Notes: generated by a model from the sequence alone, not told the origin. DNA of 64,000 nucleotides from Octopus sinensis (GCF_006345805.1 NC_042997.1:62682001-62746000); one strand, 5' to 3'. Positions 23,873-38,802 are shown, counted from the stretch's first letter. Numbers and translations are program-made.

Positions 23873-24422
23873 CGTATATACATATATATAAATATATATA
23901 CATACACGTATATATATACATAGATATCTTTGCATGCATATATATGCATAAATATATATATACACATATATAAAAATATATACATAGATATGTACCTATA
24001 TGCATGTATATTAATATTCATATGCATGTATATACATTTATATACACATGTATCTATAGAAATTAAAAATTAAAAATATGGGTGAAAAGTTGAATATTGG
24101 TTTGATTAACATTAATTTAAAACCAGCGGTTTTAAATTGATTCAGAAAAATTATATTACATACATATAAGAGAGATGACCACTAAGTGGACATACATTAT
24201 GTTAGAAGTCATCTCCCTATGTTCTTACCACTAAGAAAGGAATGTTCTGAAGAAAATTTAGCGAACCCCAGAAATTTCTGGTGTTTGCTAAATTGAGAAC
24301 ATTCCTTTGTTAGTGGCAAGACCATAGGGGGTTGACTTCTTGCATAATGGATGTGCACTTAGTGGTCATTCCTCTTATATGTATGTAATATGTATCTATG
24401 TATGTATGTGCATATATATGTG

Positions 24423-24458
<36 letters not shown>

Positions 24459-24540
24459 TATATACACATACACATATATATATATTGATATATATGTATG
24501 TATATACATTTATATGTGTATATATATGTATATATCTGTG
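23765..24540. repeat. (TA)/(CA)-rich microsatellite blocks
   Basis: Directly visible at about 23765-24055 and 24375-24535. Confidence 0.9.
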
Positions 24541-25168
24541 TGCTTCTCATCTCAGCGTTTATACACTTAAGAATATGCATTTGAACGAACGTGTTTCTGT
24601 GGAAATGTATATGTACAACATCTGTGTGTACAAATCTTAAAGGTCATGTAAGGGGACCTGCTCTTGTATCCAGCCATGAACAAATCAATAGTACAAAAAT
24701 ATCAAATGCCTATCCCTTTAAAACAGCAACCATTTTAACAATAGCAGAATCACCGTCCCTACACATTCAGAACAGTTTGTGAATGGTGTTTGAGCAAGAA
24801 CACACCCCGATAAACCCAGTGACTACTACTAAATTCAGGCCATGACAGAGAGAGAGAGAATATTATTAAAGTTGAGAATTTGAACTGACAGAGGTAATAT
24901 TTACATATTGCTTGAGGAAAAAAAGCTAGATCTGATAATGCAGAGAAGCAGTTGTATAAACAAGTACCTGCATGCCTGGAGAACTACATTATGTGGAAAC
25001 AATTGTAGTGATTAAAAAATAAATGTCCAAGTGTATTCCTTTTTTTATTATTCCAATTTTTTTCAATTCTTTACATATATGTTTTTAAATATATACATAT
25101 GTATAAGTATATATACTTATGTATGTATGTATGTGTGTATGTATGTATACATGTGTGTGTGTTACATA

Positions 25169-25369
25169 TATATGCATTATTACACACGTATATATACACA
25201 CAAACATATTCATATGTAAATATATCATCATCATCATCATCTGCTAGCATGGAAAGCGGACGCTAAACGATGATGATGATATATTTATATATTCATATAT
25301 ATGTATAAGTATATATATTTACATATGAATATGTTTGTGTGTATATATACGTGTGTAATAATGCATATA
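25169..25369. repeat. Perfect 57 bp inverted repeat around a collapsed SINE-tail remnant
   Basis: 25169-25225 is the exact reverse complement of 25313-25369; the centre is (CAT)n-tgctagcatggaaagcggacgctaaac-(GAT)n. Confidence 0.9.
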
Positions 25370-26204
25370 CATATGTATAAGTATATATATTTACGTATGT
25401 ATACTTGTGTGTGTATATATTTATATACATATGTATTAGTATATATATTTAACTATGTATATATATATATGTGTATATATACACATGTATATATGTGTTT
25501 GTGTGTATATATATTTATATACGTATATGTGTGTATATATCTGTCTATTTCTATACATATGCGTGTTTGTGTGTATGTTTGTAATGTAGGCGATGCAAAA
25601 TTCTGAAGTATTTTGTTTAGCATCCCTGTGCAGTGCACTTGTTGGTTTCCTTGTTGGGGTCAGCTTTGATGCTCCTGTCTGTGTTGGATAATACTTACAG
25701 ATTTTAGATGTTTTATATATATATTTATCTATAATTTTATTAAAGTGTTAGACCATTGTTTTATTTGACTGATTCTACTATTTTCCTTGGCATTACTACA
25801 GAAATGTTTGCAATTTGGAGCGATATCTACTGAAGTGTCACTTGACCTTAGTGTTGTGGAGGAGATGTTGGCAGATGAAAGCATCAATTTGCAGACAGAT
25901 ATTTTCATTAATTATATTTCTACTATTATTACTTAATAATAATAATAATGATCATACATATATTAATAATGAAAATGACAAATATTGATCTTTAAAAGTA
26001 TTATTAGTTATTTAAGTCAGCTGAGACGTGTCACAGCTGAATATTTAAAATCTCATCTTGGATATCCTTGGTGTCTAGCCAAGAATGAAGTTTAGAGTTG
26101 TTAGCTGCTATTGAATTCTTCCCTTTTCCCAACCATCTATTTAAAAATCTACTTACTCTGAAATGGACAGAATTAGAGCAAAACTTTTCTGTCTTGAATT
26201 GCAG

Positions 26205-26275
26205 ATGACCAAGAAATGGAAAGGGCATCGAAACGACACAAAAAGAAATCCAAAAAGAAAAAACATCTTTCCAGA
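26205..26275 (+). CDS. PRPF40A: PRPF40 internal coding exon, 71 nt, phase 1 to 0
   Basis: Acceptor ...cttttctgtcttgaattgcAG (26204) and donor GTAAGT (26276). Completes the phase-1 codon from 8942 and reads DDQEMERASKRHKKKSKKKKHLSR, matching the KKHKKKSKKRRHKS block of PRPF40. Confidence 0.8.
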
Positions 26276-27114
26276 GTAAGTACTAGATGGCATGGATGCT
26301 ATTAGTAAATATATGGTTTTTGTCTGCTCTTGTATGCACTGCTTCTTTGTATGTATGTGTGGGAATGTAAGTGAGTGTTAAATGGTGAGAATATGTTTGT
26401 TTTCTCACAAAACTTACCTTTGAACTTTAGTTTTGTTATCACACTGAAAACAAATCTAAAGAAAAAAATTTAATCCTCAAATTCATTTTTTTTCTTTTTT
26501 ACTAAACTGTGATTTCTACATATTAGAGATATATTTCTCTCTTCCTCTCTCTCTCTCTTTCTTTCTTTCTTTTTATTTGTTTTTCTAAACCCTTTGCATC
26601 CATCATCATTTTTAAATGGTCCCTATAGATTTATTGCCTTAAGTTTTTCTTCAACGTAGTTGTTGCTTATTAATTTGTCTTTATAATCTAAGGACTCTCC
26701 ATTTTTTTTTCTAGAGACTTTTTCCTTTATGCTCAGTTTTCTGGTATTTTTGGTGATACTTCTATTGCAAAGGAAACAAAAAAATGTAAAGCATTATTCA
26801 TTAATGGTATTATGTCAACTGAAAATGCAGTGCCGTACGTTATAAGGATGCTAAGCAACTCACTACATGTGTCATATAAAGTTTTAGCCTCCATTTAATT
26901 TTTTCCTTTCCTTTTTTTTTGCCACCAATATAAAGAGGCCTTTTTAAAAATATTTTTTAAGCACATTAATGTTAATAAGTTTTATTTATTGCTGTATACC
27001 TTTACAAGCAGCCCTGTAAGATTTCATTCATTCCATTAAAAAAAAACAATATCCCTATTTATGTATACTTACAAAAATATTCACATACACAAACACATGC
27101 AAATGTGTGTGTGT

Positions 27115-27161
<47 letters not shown>

Positions 27162-27913
27162 TTATTTGTGTGTGTTTGTGTGTGCATGCATTATGAGTGT
27201 GCGTGTATCTGTATACTTATACATGTGTCTGCATTTATATAATCTTTGTAAAATTGTAATTTTTTTCAGGTATTAAATAAACTACTGTGTTGTTATTGCT
27301 CTTTGCCATTGTAGATCTAAAGTTGATGTTCTTGTTTCTATCATTGTTGTGTATGCTGTCTAGTTTGTAGGGATAGTTTCTGGAAATGTTTTAGCTTCTA
27401 CATAGCAGTCTCTAGTCAAAATGACTTCTGGTTGTGACTACCTTACATCACTGCTAATGTTGATTTTACATCAGTACCCATTATAAACGAAATATTGGGT
27501 CAGTTATTTGTTTTCCTCTTTCTCTACTGATGCTTTTCTATTAGTAAAAAAAAAATAGGAAGAAAGAAAAAGAAATAGTGTGTTTCTTGAAACAAGCCGG
27601 TTAAACAATTTTCTCTGGACACATAATTTGGAGTTCATTCCCATTGCATATGGCTAATGTCTTTTACAGTTAGGCTGGCCAATACTTTGTGAAAACTGGG
27701 AGAAGCCAATTTTGTGTGTGCGTGTACACATACATGTGTAGTCCAGCCCATGTAATGTAATTATTAAATGTAATCATTTAATGTCCATCTTCCATGCTGG
27801 CATAGGCTGTATAGTTTGAGAGGATCTGATGGGTCCAAGAACTGCATTGTGCTCCAACATCTGCTTTAGTGTATTTTTTTCAGCTGCATGCCCTTCCTAA
27901 TGTCAACCACTGT

Positions 27914-28130
27914 AACCCTTTAGCATTTTTGTCAAATGTATTGCTTATTTATTCATATTGCTTTGAATTAATCACACACCATTTTGTCGCTTCAAGATTT
28001 TAATGGTGTGTTTGTATATTTTTAGAATGACATGTAGGGTAGGTATGAGAAGTTGGATCTGGTCAGTTTTTACATACAACAAGTAGAATATTTTGGCCAG
28101 ATATGATTGGATTGAATGATAAAGGCTTAA
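27914..28130. mobile_element. piggyBac-type MITE (family of 8582-8796, opposite orientation), decayed
   Basis: aaccctttagcatt start; internal sequence is the reverse complement of 8582-8796. Confidence 0.65.
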
Positions 28131-28149
28131 AGAGTGTACTGAGTACTTT

Positions 28150-29100
28150 CTTTTCATAAGACCAGCACTAGAGGTCACCATGTGACTTGTATGACTAGGA
28201 TCTCCTTTGAATGAGTGGTGCTGTGGTAGTGAGTGATTTAGCTTTATGCTAGGTGATGAGAGGTTAAACTGTGTCAGAAAAAGTTAGAACAGGTTTCTTG
28301 CATTATACAAGAGAAGGTGGGAGAGATTGGGGTGGGTTGAGAAAAAGCTAAAATGCTGGTAATGAAGTGTAGGAGTAAGCTTTCAAGTACAAAAAGAGGA
28401 ATTGTAGTGGGGTAGATGTGAGTGATGCTTAGAGATGGTAGTGGGGGAGATGATATGCTTAGAGATAGGATATGGGTGAGCGAATATGATAGTGACCAAG
28501 GGTTCTGGGGTGATTGATGATAAATGTGAGTAGGTAATGACTGTAGAGATTTACTACGATTGAGCAGTTGTTGTAATGAATGGTTAAGGGTGATGCATGA
28601 TACATGTGTTAGGAGGGATATAGAGGAGAGTAGATGACTGGCAATGCAAAAATTGGGGAGGAGTAGCAGAATAGTAATAATAATGTAGTAGACAGGGTGA
28701 AGTGTCAGAGAAAGGGAGATGATGTGTGGGTTGCAGGAATGGAAGGAGAGAGGCAGATGTAGGGCATAGAGTAGATGTGGTGGAGAGGGAGAGTTAATGT
28801 GGTAGCATTGATGGATGATCAATGTAAAATGTGACAGGTGAGTGAAAGTATTCAGAATGGTGGATTAATGTCAGAAAAAATGCTCATCAATTACAGCAGC
28901 AGCATAGAGCAATTAAACAATTGGTGGAAGAATCAGTGATAGACAAATCAGGTGATTGGTGAGGGCATGACAAGAAAATTAGGCAAGGGTCACAGTTGTG
29001 TATATATACAGATGCTTTCAGAGCATCTTATTTCACTGAGAGGGGCAGGTCTTCTCATGTATCACCTATTGCCAGTTATATTTCTGTCCCTTGCCATCTC
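28150..29100 (-). mobile_element. Unclassified degenerate retroelement relic (purine-rich + strand)
   Basis: Strong strand asymmetry typical of a LINE/Penelope coding strand on minus; only weak motif hints, no confident domain. Confidence 0.3.
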
Positions 29101-29899
29101 CTTTGGGATGTATGTGTCCCTTGCCATCTCCTGTGCTTTTGTATATGAGTGTATGTATTCATAATTCAGCATGTATTTCTTTTTGTCTGCTCTGATTGTA
29201 AACAAAGAGTGACTTTTACATTCAGACAGCATTGTTTGTTTACATTCTTCCATGGAAATATGTTCAGGTTGTTTGTTGTTCAATGGCCTACACAAAATAT
29301 TACCTTGTTTGGAAGAGGGCTGATGGTAGGAAGAGCATCTGGCTGTAGTTTTCTCACACTCTTTCAAGTAATAGATGGTAGGAGGACAATGATAATGATG
29401 TTTGATTCAGTTTATTTTTTTTTAATCATAATTCATTTGAATCTAAACTGACAGTTGTCAATAATTTGGCACCTTAGGTTTTGCTATAACTCAGATATTT
29501 TTGCATTATTAATTTATTAATCTCATCTTTCATGTGGTTATTTGGTTATACTGAGTTGTGATTCAATCAGTCTGTAATTTTGTTTGGGTACCCTATATTT
29601 ACATACATTTACATATCCTTTATAGAGGTTAAGATTAGCCCCAAGGCGACACTGGCCACAGAGTTAAGGAGGTTGAAACTCTTGTCAGTAAAACTTTCCA
29701 AAGTTTTTGCATTTAAATCACAAATAGAAATGTGTAAATATAGGGCACATAGAGTCTGAAAATGATCAAAATGTAGTAAAGCAGGTATATGCACAAGAAA
29801 TGAAAGTGAGAGTCTGAACAATTAATTAGTTTTATGTGACTTTGTGGCTTTATTTCTTATTCAGTTATACATTAGTATTTGTCTTTGGAAGTATCAAGT

Positions 29900-30260
29900 G
29901 ATTGACAGTAAGAATTTACATGTAGAATAGAAGAGGGCTAACTTTGTCATTAGTGCTTTGCTCCTCCTCCACTCATGCCTTGTCTGTTGCATAGGTCTTC
30001 TACAGCATTGCACCTCACCACTGGTTAAGCTTATGTTAGTATATTTGGTCACCTTAATTCCTGCATACTAATATATCATTTCTAGCAGAGCATGCTTTCT
30101 TCATTTCTGATTGTCCGCAATCTTCCGCATTTATTCTGAGCTTGTGTTTCACTACCATGCAATAGCTCACTTCACACACAAACATTAAACAATCTGAATT
30201 GAACAACGAATCCTTTAGCTATTATCTCTTCTGAATGATAATATTGTCTTTATAATATTC
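29900..30260 (-). mobile_element. Degenerate RTE LINE ORF2 C-terminal relic
   Basis: Minus strand shows gcatggtagtgaaac (HGSET) and agaaatgaagaaagcatgctc (RNEESML). Confidence 0.55.
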
Positions 30261-30689
30261 AACTAGTATTGAAGGTGGCTAGCCAGCATTGTATGCATGC
30301 TGGGCAAAATGCCTAACGACATTTTGTCTGTCTTCAAAGTTCAAATTCCGCCAAGGTCATCTTTACCTTTCATCCTTTCAAGGTTGATGAAATAAGTACC
30401 AGTTGAGTCTTGGAGGCTGATGTAATCAACTTACCCCCTCCCTCGAAGTTGCTTGCCTTATGCCAAAAGTTGAAGCCAATATTTAATTTGTATAATTGTA
30501 GCTGCCAGAGCAAAAAAGCAAATCTAGTTAACAAACATGGTTTCATTTTAGAATTGTAATATTGTTTCTGTCAATATATTATTTTATCTCTTTGAAATGC
30601 CTTTAATTGTATTTTCGGTATCTTTTAATTACTGAGATCAAGACCAAATACTTTTAGCATTCTCCTCCGCTCTCAAAAGAGTTTTTTTT

Positions 30690-31012
30690 TCCTGGTCTTG
30701 CAAGTACTTGGTGACCCTGTCAGTGCAGATGCCACTTAAAAGCATCCATTCCCCACTAAAGTGGTTGGCATTTGGAAGGATATCCAGCTGTAAAAACCTT
30801 GTCAAAACTGACCTCTCTTGTACTTGTGCCACGTAAAAAAACACTCAGTCCACTCTGCTGAGTGGTTGGTGTTGGGAAGAGCATCCAGCTGTAAAAATCC
30901 TGCCAAAACAGTTACAGAAGTCTGGTGCAGGCTTCCGCCTGACCAGCTATTGTCAAACTGTCCCACCCATGCCAGCATAGAAGGCGGAGATGTTAAATGA
31001 TGACGACCACAA
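30690..31012 (+). mobile_element. RTE-3'-tail-related repeat, dimeric subtype, CpG-decayed
   Basis: Same dimeric structure as 5520-5850; ends gttaaatgatgacgac. Confidence 0.75.
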
Positions 31013-31048
31013 TGACAAAAGTGAAGCATGCTGCTTAGATGGACGGAT

Positions 31049-31082
<34 letters not shown>

Positions 31083-34000
31083 CTGCATGTGTATTGTAAA
31101 GTCTTGTTGTTCCACTCTGCAGTGCCTAGTCACAGCCAGAAGGACTGAGCACTAGGGTTAGTCATAGACACTATATGATTTTGAGGATAAGATTCAAACT
31201 GTGATCACTCAGCCAGTCAACTGTTTTAGCTATTCAGTCTGTCACTGAGGTTCAGTGGTTAACCATAATATACATTGATTTTTGTTACTTGACAGTAAGA
31301 ATTTACATGTAGAATAGAGGAGGGCTAACTTTGTCATTCGTGCTTTGCTCCTCCTCCACTCATGCCTTGTCATTGCTGCAAGTGAAGACTGAACAGCATT
31401 AAAGTGGTTGAAATGCATCAATTTCATATTTAGTACAAGCTCAGTATAATATATAAATAGTGATAGTAGTAGTAGTAGCAACAACAACATGATGTGCTAT
31501 TATTTTTTTTTGCTGATTCACAAATCTTAGTTCCAGTGGTATTGACAGAAATTCTACTGGCAAGTAAATCTCTATTTCTTTGTCACATCCATTATTATTC
31601 CAGTAGTGAAATATATTGCTCTCTTATCATATGATTTGTTATTTTAAATGTTTTGTTATTGTGCATAGTTATCAACATCCAATAAATTGTTGCCTCCTCC
31701 TTCAGATTCATGGTACTTAATTGAATTTCCTTTTCTCTCTCTCTCATTTTTCAACTCACTGATCACTAACAACCTCTGTAATCAGCTTTAATATTGCTCT
31801 GTATTGTTGAAGCTTGGTCAAGAATCCTGTTATGGATGGCATGTTCTTTATCATTACATCTCATGTTATATATTTTCTATTATATCACTAGCTGTTTACA
31901 CTTAATTGATGCGGTCGACTGTGACAAAAAACACCCAAGAGCTAGTTGTTTTTTCATATATCTAACTCATTTAAACAATTTGTTGAGACATCTTTCTCCC
32001 TGTCCTTGACTAAAATTATATTGTCTGTTAATAGTCATGACTTTAAATCATTAAGACCAAGTCAAGAATTAATTGTTGGTTATTCATCCATGTTACCTCT
32101 ATCTTTTGAGTAATATCTACTGATAAAATCATGCTAAATGAAAATTAATCAGGTTAGAACTAGTTTAAGTAAAGGTAGCTTTATGAGATTTAATTGTTTT
32201 TCCTAGTGTTTAGAAAGCACTTATATGTTATAGAAATACACTTTTGATACATACTCAATTTAGTTTCTGAATTAGGAATAGAATGTATAATCTATTTGGG
32301 TATTTGTTTAATGAATAGATTTTTGTGAAATATTCTCAACTGTACTTTGTATAATAGTTCTTTGTTAATTCACTTGATTAATATGCTGTAAGTTAGTGTT
32401 AGAATCACTTCTTGCTTGTTAATTTAATTCTTATTTGGTCATCAGCTTTGCAGTGCTACTGACTTAAACTGTTTTTCTCGATGCTACAAAAACTAAAATG
32501 TGAATGAAATAAATTAAAATATATTATCCATCTTGAATATAGTTCTGTGACCTGATTACCACAGATACTGTTGGCTACATTACATGTACATTGAGTCATT
32601 AACTGTAATCTGAATTGACTCTGTTGTTTTATATCGGCACACTTTATGGTTAACCATAATATACATCAATTTTTGTTACTTGCTAGAAATGTCAAAAGCA
32701 AATTATATAGTAACAAATTTCTGTGTTAAAGCCTCTGGAAAACCATTTACAAAATGCACAAACAATTAGAAATGACTCTTTATATTTCCTTGCTGAGTGG
32801 AATAAACTTTATGTGTCTATAATCATAGAAGCTGATAGAGAATGCTCTTCAAAAACTTCATATCCTCAATGCCCTCATTCTGGATTGAGCTCTGATTCAC
32901 AACATTTGTTACTACTGGCTAGAAAGAAGGATTATAACTACTTCACCATCTTTTTTTTGCTTTCACCATGGACATGCTGGTAAAGTCAGAAATCTACTAT
33001 CAAAGATTTCCAGGCATTGACAGGCATGCAACAGCCACTGGTAAAAGCCTAAAAATTTGATCTGACTATAATGTCATCATCAGTTTGAAGTAACAAGTGG
33101 ATCGTTTGAGGATTTGAAAATCTTGTCTATAATGAGCTTTATAACCATCAAATTGAAGTTTCCTTGTGCTGAAGAGGACAAGTTCTGAAAAAGTTGTGTT
33201 TCACCTAATCTGAATCGGAAATTAACCGCCTAGTATTTACAGAACAAAATGACCTGAGACTTTGAGAACTGATTCATGAATATTGACTATTTAGGTTGCC
33301 TGCTTCAAGTTTTTGATATACTAGCATGCCACCCTAAGTTTTGTGGCCACAGTAGCTCTATGATGTCAGTATGTCAGCTCTGAAAGCCCTAAGAAAGAAG
33401 GTAGCTGATATTTGAGATGGTGGCTTGGCTTATAAAGGAACCTATGTAGTATTGCTCTGTACAGATGCCATCTTAAGGCTCTCCCCTTCAGCAGAATTTG
33501 TGGTAACCCAAACAATCTAGGCATTCAGAATCTACAAGGATACTAAAGTAGCTTGCATTGAAGCCTGCATTGGTAGTTACTGGAGTATTGTCAAAATTGC
33601 AGGTGACATAGAAACTGTTAGGACAGATGGTTCTTGTTGTGATTGTGGTGATAGGGCATTAAGGTCTGGGTTACTTTCCAACTCACACTTAACTCAATAC
33701 TTAATGAAAAGTCTCAATAATATTCATTATCAAGGTGCTTGTTTATATAGAAGCTTCAACAATACTGATTTCTCAAAGTGACTGTTTTGAAAAGCAAGTG
33801 TTGACAAAATATTGAAACAATAACTATTGATTAAGGTGTATGTGTGTACATGTATGCACATTTGTGTGTAAGTAATCTTCATTGTTTTAATGTATGCTTT
33901 TTCCATACTAGCGTGGATTGAATGAGATTTAAGCGAATTTACTGTTTGGATACCTTTCTTGACAACAGCTCTCCCATTTTCAAATAAAATTCTTAGTTTC

Positions 34001-34341
34001 CTTGTCTTTCAAATGACAACTGGTCAAGGCCGAGACATGTTTTTCCACAACACATAGACAATGTCAAAACAATAGAAAATCACAAGTTCAGACACACACA
34101 CAATAGGCTTCCATACAGTTACTGTCTACCATTTCTGCTCACAAGGCATTGGTCAGCCTGTAGTTATAGTTGAATATTAGAAAACATCTGCTTATGACAC
34201 CAAAGTCATCTACAACAGGCGCAAATGTTGAAACATGGTTGCCAAACCAATTGCTATAATCTATCCCTGGCCTGTGTAGTTAAAAAGATGTTTCATTCCT
34301 TCATTACTCTTATAATACCTATTTCTATTCTTTATGATGCC

Positions 34342-34378
<37 letters not shown>

Positions 34379-37300
34379 ACTACCACCACCACCACTATTG
34401 CTTTTTCTTTTTTACCCTTTCTCATTGACATTAAAGCTTTGGGTCACAAGCAGTATGATTCCTTGTTGGAAACCTTCAGCAGACAAATACTAATACCTTA
34501 GGAGAAAAGGCTTGAACCATACAACTTTAAATTTTTTTTCATTGAATTGGATCTTAGTTTTCATACTTCTCTAAGATCATCTTAGCCTTTTATCCATCCA
34601 ATTTTAATAAAAAATAATATAACTTATTTTGATTGATAATCAACTGCTCTCTTCCTCAAACTTTATGGCTTTGTGCCTTCGTAAGAAATCCTGTAAATGT
34701 CTGCAAGTGAGAAATTGTTGTCATTCATTTTTTTTTTTAACCAGTTGAAACTTTTTAGGCACTTAAGTAACTCAAGTTGAATGAAAACATGGTGGGAAAT
34801 TATGATATTGTTTCCAAGAATGTGATGTAAGCATACCATGAACCAGACTTCAGTGACATAAGACTAATGATAAAATGATGATAGTGCAAGATGAAGTGAT
34901 GAAAGTCTTCTCCTCCCCAAATGGATTTCTGTCAACTGATTACAATTACCTTCCTTTTTACTTTTTTCAGTCATTGGACTGTGGCCATGCTGGGGTACTG
35001 CCATATCCCATTCTCACCCCACTCCCCCCAGCAAAATTATTCTCACTACTTAAGAAAAGCTCTACTTGCCACAACTCTGTATGTGTAACTTGAAAACTTC
35101 TGGTCTACTTGAGTAATTCTCTTCTTCATTTTGTAGATCAAATTAGAAGTATTGTTGATGTTTGCATTAATAATGATAATTTCTTTGTTTGCCACAGTAT
35201 TGAGAAATGAGGAGACATTTACAACAATAGTGCTTTGCTATGACGACAAACACAACACCAATAATAATGTTTAATAATAATTAGATAGGCATGAGGTCAG
35301 AAATTCTGGGAGACGGCTTGGTCTTAGTTGACTGGTACTTTATATTATCGATGCTCTAGAAAGATGAACATTGATCTCAACAGGATTTTAACTTGGTGCA
35401 TAAAGGGCAATTAGTAAATTCTGCCAGGCTTTTTGTCCATTGCTCTGATGATTCTGTCAAATGGTAATGATGACGATGATAATAATCACCATCATCACCG
35501 GGCTTTAATCTTACTGGGCCAGAGTTTGTGCACATTAGATTATACTGATCAAATTAGGTAAATTCAATTTTCTAGACACGTGTGATTAATAAATCTACTT
35601 TAACAGATTTCCTTAATCATTATTGATTCTGCAGTATTCCTCCACCCACCACAATTCTGACTGTCCCTTAGGTAACATGAAAGCAGTTTTAATTACTATA
35701 TAAATCAATACTGATATATAATATCATCAGTGTTACTGTCCCTGTCCACTGTTATCTTTGCTGTATAACTTCAGATAATTTTGTTCAACATCCAGCGTGT
35801 GTATGTGTGTATTTTTCTCTATTTTGTTGGTCTTGGAAGAGTGCAGCAGTTATGATCTTTGTAGGCTCTTCTGGATTTGTAACACTATTATTTATGGTTG
35901 GTGTTCGCACTTGAACTACTTATCATCTGTTGATGTTTAGCTCCAGGTCAGCGCTGATCAAAGACTGTCTCTCCAACCTGTTTTTCTTTGTTTCTCTTTC
36001 TTATGTCTAGGAATATATTATCCAGTGTTCCCCCCACCTCCTTCCCTCACTTTCTCCCTCCCACTAACCTTTCTCCTTCTTGCCCCCTTCCTTCCTTTCT
36101 CCTTCCCCCCCGTTCTCCCTCCAACTCCCCCTTCTCCCTCCCTCCCTGAGTGGGTGGGGTCGGGGAGATGGATACATTGGTTATGCTAATATGTATGTAA
36201 TGATATGCAGGTTGTTAGTTTTGAAGAACAAAACCCATTATAATAGTTGCGGAGGAAGCAAAGAAATGGTAGAAAGTGAGTTCGTGGATTTGTGCTTGAA
36301 TGAACCATTGCCAGTGAGCTGAATGGACATGTTTGTATGTGTAGCTGTAGTAGGGGCCCCCACTTCCCCCCAATTCCCCATATGAACAATATTATGATGT
36401 AAAAGGTTAGAAGAAGAAACCCCATCTCTTGGATGCAATTTTGGCTAAGGAACTAGCTTTAGAAAAACTTGATAATATTGTAAAAGCATGTGTAAATATA
36501 TTATATTGAAATATTCAGTTTTGAATTACTTAACCCCTTGTGTGAAAGTGAATTTAGTAAACATTGAGCACAAACTTGATTTCTTCATTGTCTTACTTTG
36601 AAAATGTCTGTGTGTGTGTTTGTGTGTTTTAAGAAATATATTTTTATTTCTGTACTATGGTGTCGTGCCAACGTCCCTGTAGATATTATTTTCATTGTGT
36701 GATAGTGATGTGCACATCCATACACATGTATTATCAGTCAACACCCTTGCATCTTTCTTGGTCATTAGCCAACTGCAAGTTTTCTTCCATCTTCTTCCTT
36801 GTCAGTTTGTTTGATATTGATCAGTTATTCCCTTCATTGTTTCCTTATACCTCTTCTACTGGTGGTGCCTGTTCATGAATTACCATAATTTACTATAGAG
36901 GAAAGTTGTCATGGTGTCAAGTCACATTGCCAAACCGCTTCGTTTTTCTATTTCTGACAGTTGACAGAACTTTGTTTCCTTTCCTAATACTCATTAAAGG
37001 CTACTTATGAAAAATATACTAACACTTCCAGTTACATAAAATATGCATGTTTGATCTCGGAGTGAGTTGCAGATGACTGAGGAAACACTTCACTGTAAAC
37101 AGTGCTTTTGATTCACTATCAAATTGGTCTCTGGTCATGTTACTATTGTAGCTGTCTACACGCACATAGAAAGTTTCGACCTTTGCTTCAGTCAGTCTGC
37201 AGCACAGTAAATATCTGGCTTGTGATTTTTACTTCAGTTTTTCTCTCTTCTTCTTCTTCTTCTTCCACACATGCCATTCAAATCGCATACCCTTTACCAA

Positions 37301-38802
37301 AGCTAGTGAATATTTCTGTACACTTTCATTAGTCTCTTTCATTCTCGGTGACTGTCTCATCTTAACCTGTGCTCTCTCTTTCATGTAAGTTAACATAGCA
37401 TATCCAGGTATATTGTCTCCACCTACTGCACATCTTCCACATTCATTCCGTTATGTCTCTATCATGCTTCATGCCATCCAAGGACATAGTGAAAGAAACC
37501 CTTTGTTGTTGTTTAACCCTTGATTAGGCTTACGATTGATGATAGTCCAGCAGTGATCATGTGCACTGTTTTGTTTATTCAAGTCTCCATTATTCAATGT
37601 GCCTTTTCTTTTTAAAAACAGTTGGATGTGATTTGAGAGAGACTTGGCTGCCATTTAATGCAGATTCAGCAGCCACATATTGGTTTCCTTTGGTTGTAAA
37701 TCCTTTTACTAGCAGAAGCAACACCTGTTAAGCATTTCACTCCTTCCCTCCCCATGCTGGTTAAATTGATCTCAGGTGAACTGAGCCATTTCTGGTTTGG
37801 CCACAAACTGAATTCAATATCCATGGCTGTACATAAAATACTGACCTTTTGATTGTTGCTCTCACATCTGTCGACTGTCTGTTTGTCTGTCTCTCATATG
37901 CACATGTGTATGTCTTTGATTTACTATACATCAGAAATGATGTTATTATTTACTTTATTTCTAACTGCAGCCCACTATTTATTTCTTCTCTTTAATTACT
38001 CTGGAGGCTATTTATTCTGTGGAGGCTGTGTTTTAGAGTCTCACACACCAATAGTTGAAAGGCAACCGTTTAACTCCAGTGACACTAAATTAAGCACCAC
38101 AAATCAATATTACTGGTTCTCTCTTGCCTTTACTGATTCCACTAGTTTTTAGTAATTGAATTTATTTACTTTTTATTTATTTTATTTTTATGGCATGGAA
38201 ATCTATTTGTCTTCATCGTCGTATGAGTTATAGAGAATATAATCAAATTTATTTTGTTCATTGTAGAATTGATTTTTGTGGTTAGAATATTTTCAGATGC
38301 GCACACATCTCTATACATATATGTCTATATATGAATGACTGTCTTTAAACATAGGTGTGAAATTCAACCAGGAAATATATCTTTTATTTAAATAAGAGAA
38401 AAAAAAAGTTTTCTACTTAGTCTTTTCTATTTTAGTAAAAACTTGGCTCACTATGCATTTTAAGAAGTTTGACCAACGTGAGAGAGAGTGTTGCGAGATC
38501 TATATGTGTTATATCACTAACCACTCAACTATAGTATTTTCTGTAATGTTATTTTGAAGATTACTTCATAGTTGAGCAGTGTGGCTATCCAGCTAGAAAA
38601 GAAAATGATTCCATCAAAAACCATACCACATAAGCTTGCATAGATAAATGGAATGAAAACAGTAATAAATGAATAAAATGGACAGCCTGATACCTAGTGG
38701 GGACTTTTGCCTTTTAGTAATGATAATTTCCTAATGGCCAATAAAAGATTCTCATAGTTTGGTGTTATTACCTCCTGTTTGCTGTAATGATGTTACAATA
38801 AT

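Noticed and set aside
28274-28822. 182 aa minus-strand ORF as a host gene
   Set aside because: S/L/H/P-biased composition follows from a pyrimidine-rich strand; no domain or splice context; more likely a retroelement relic.
36247-36275. Purine-rich stretch ending at a GTGAGT donor as the missing PRPF40 exon
   Set aside because: No nearby acceptor gives a stop-free phase 0-0 exon, and the pyrimidine tract is poor.
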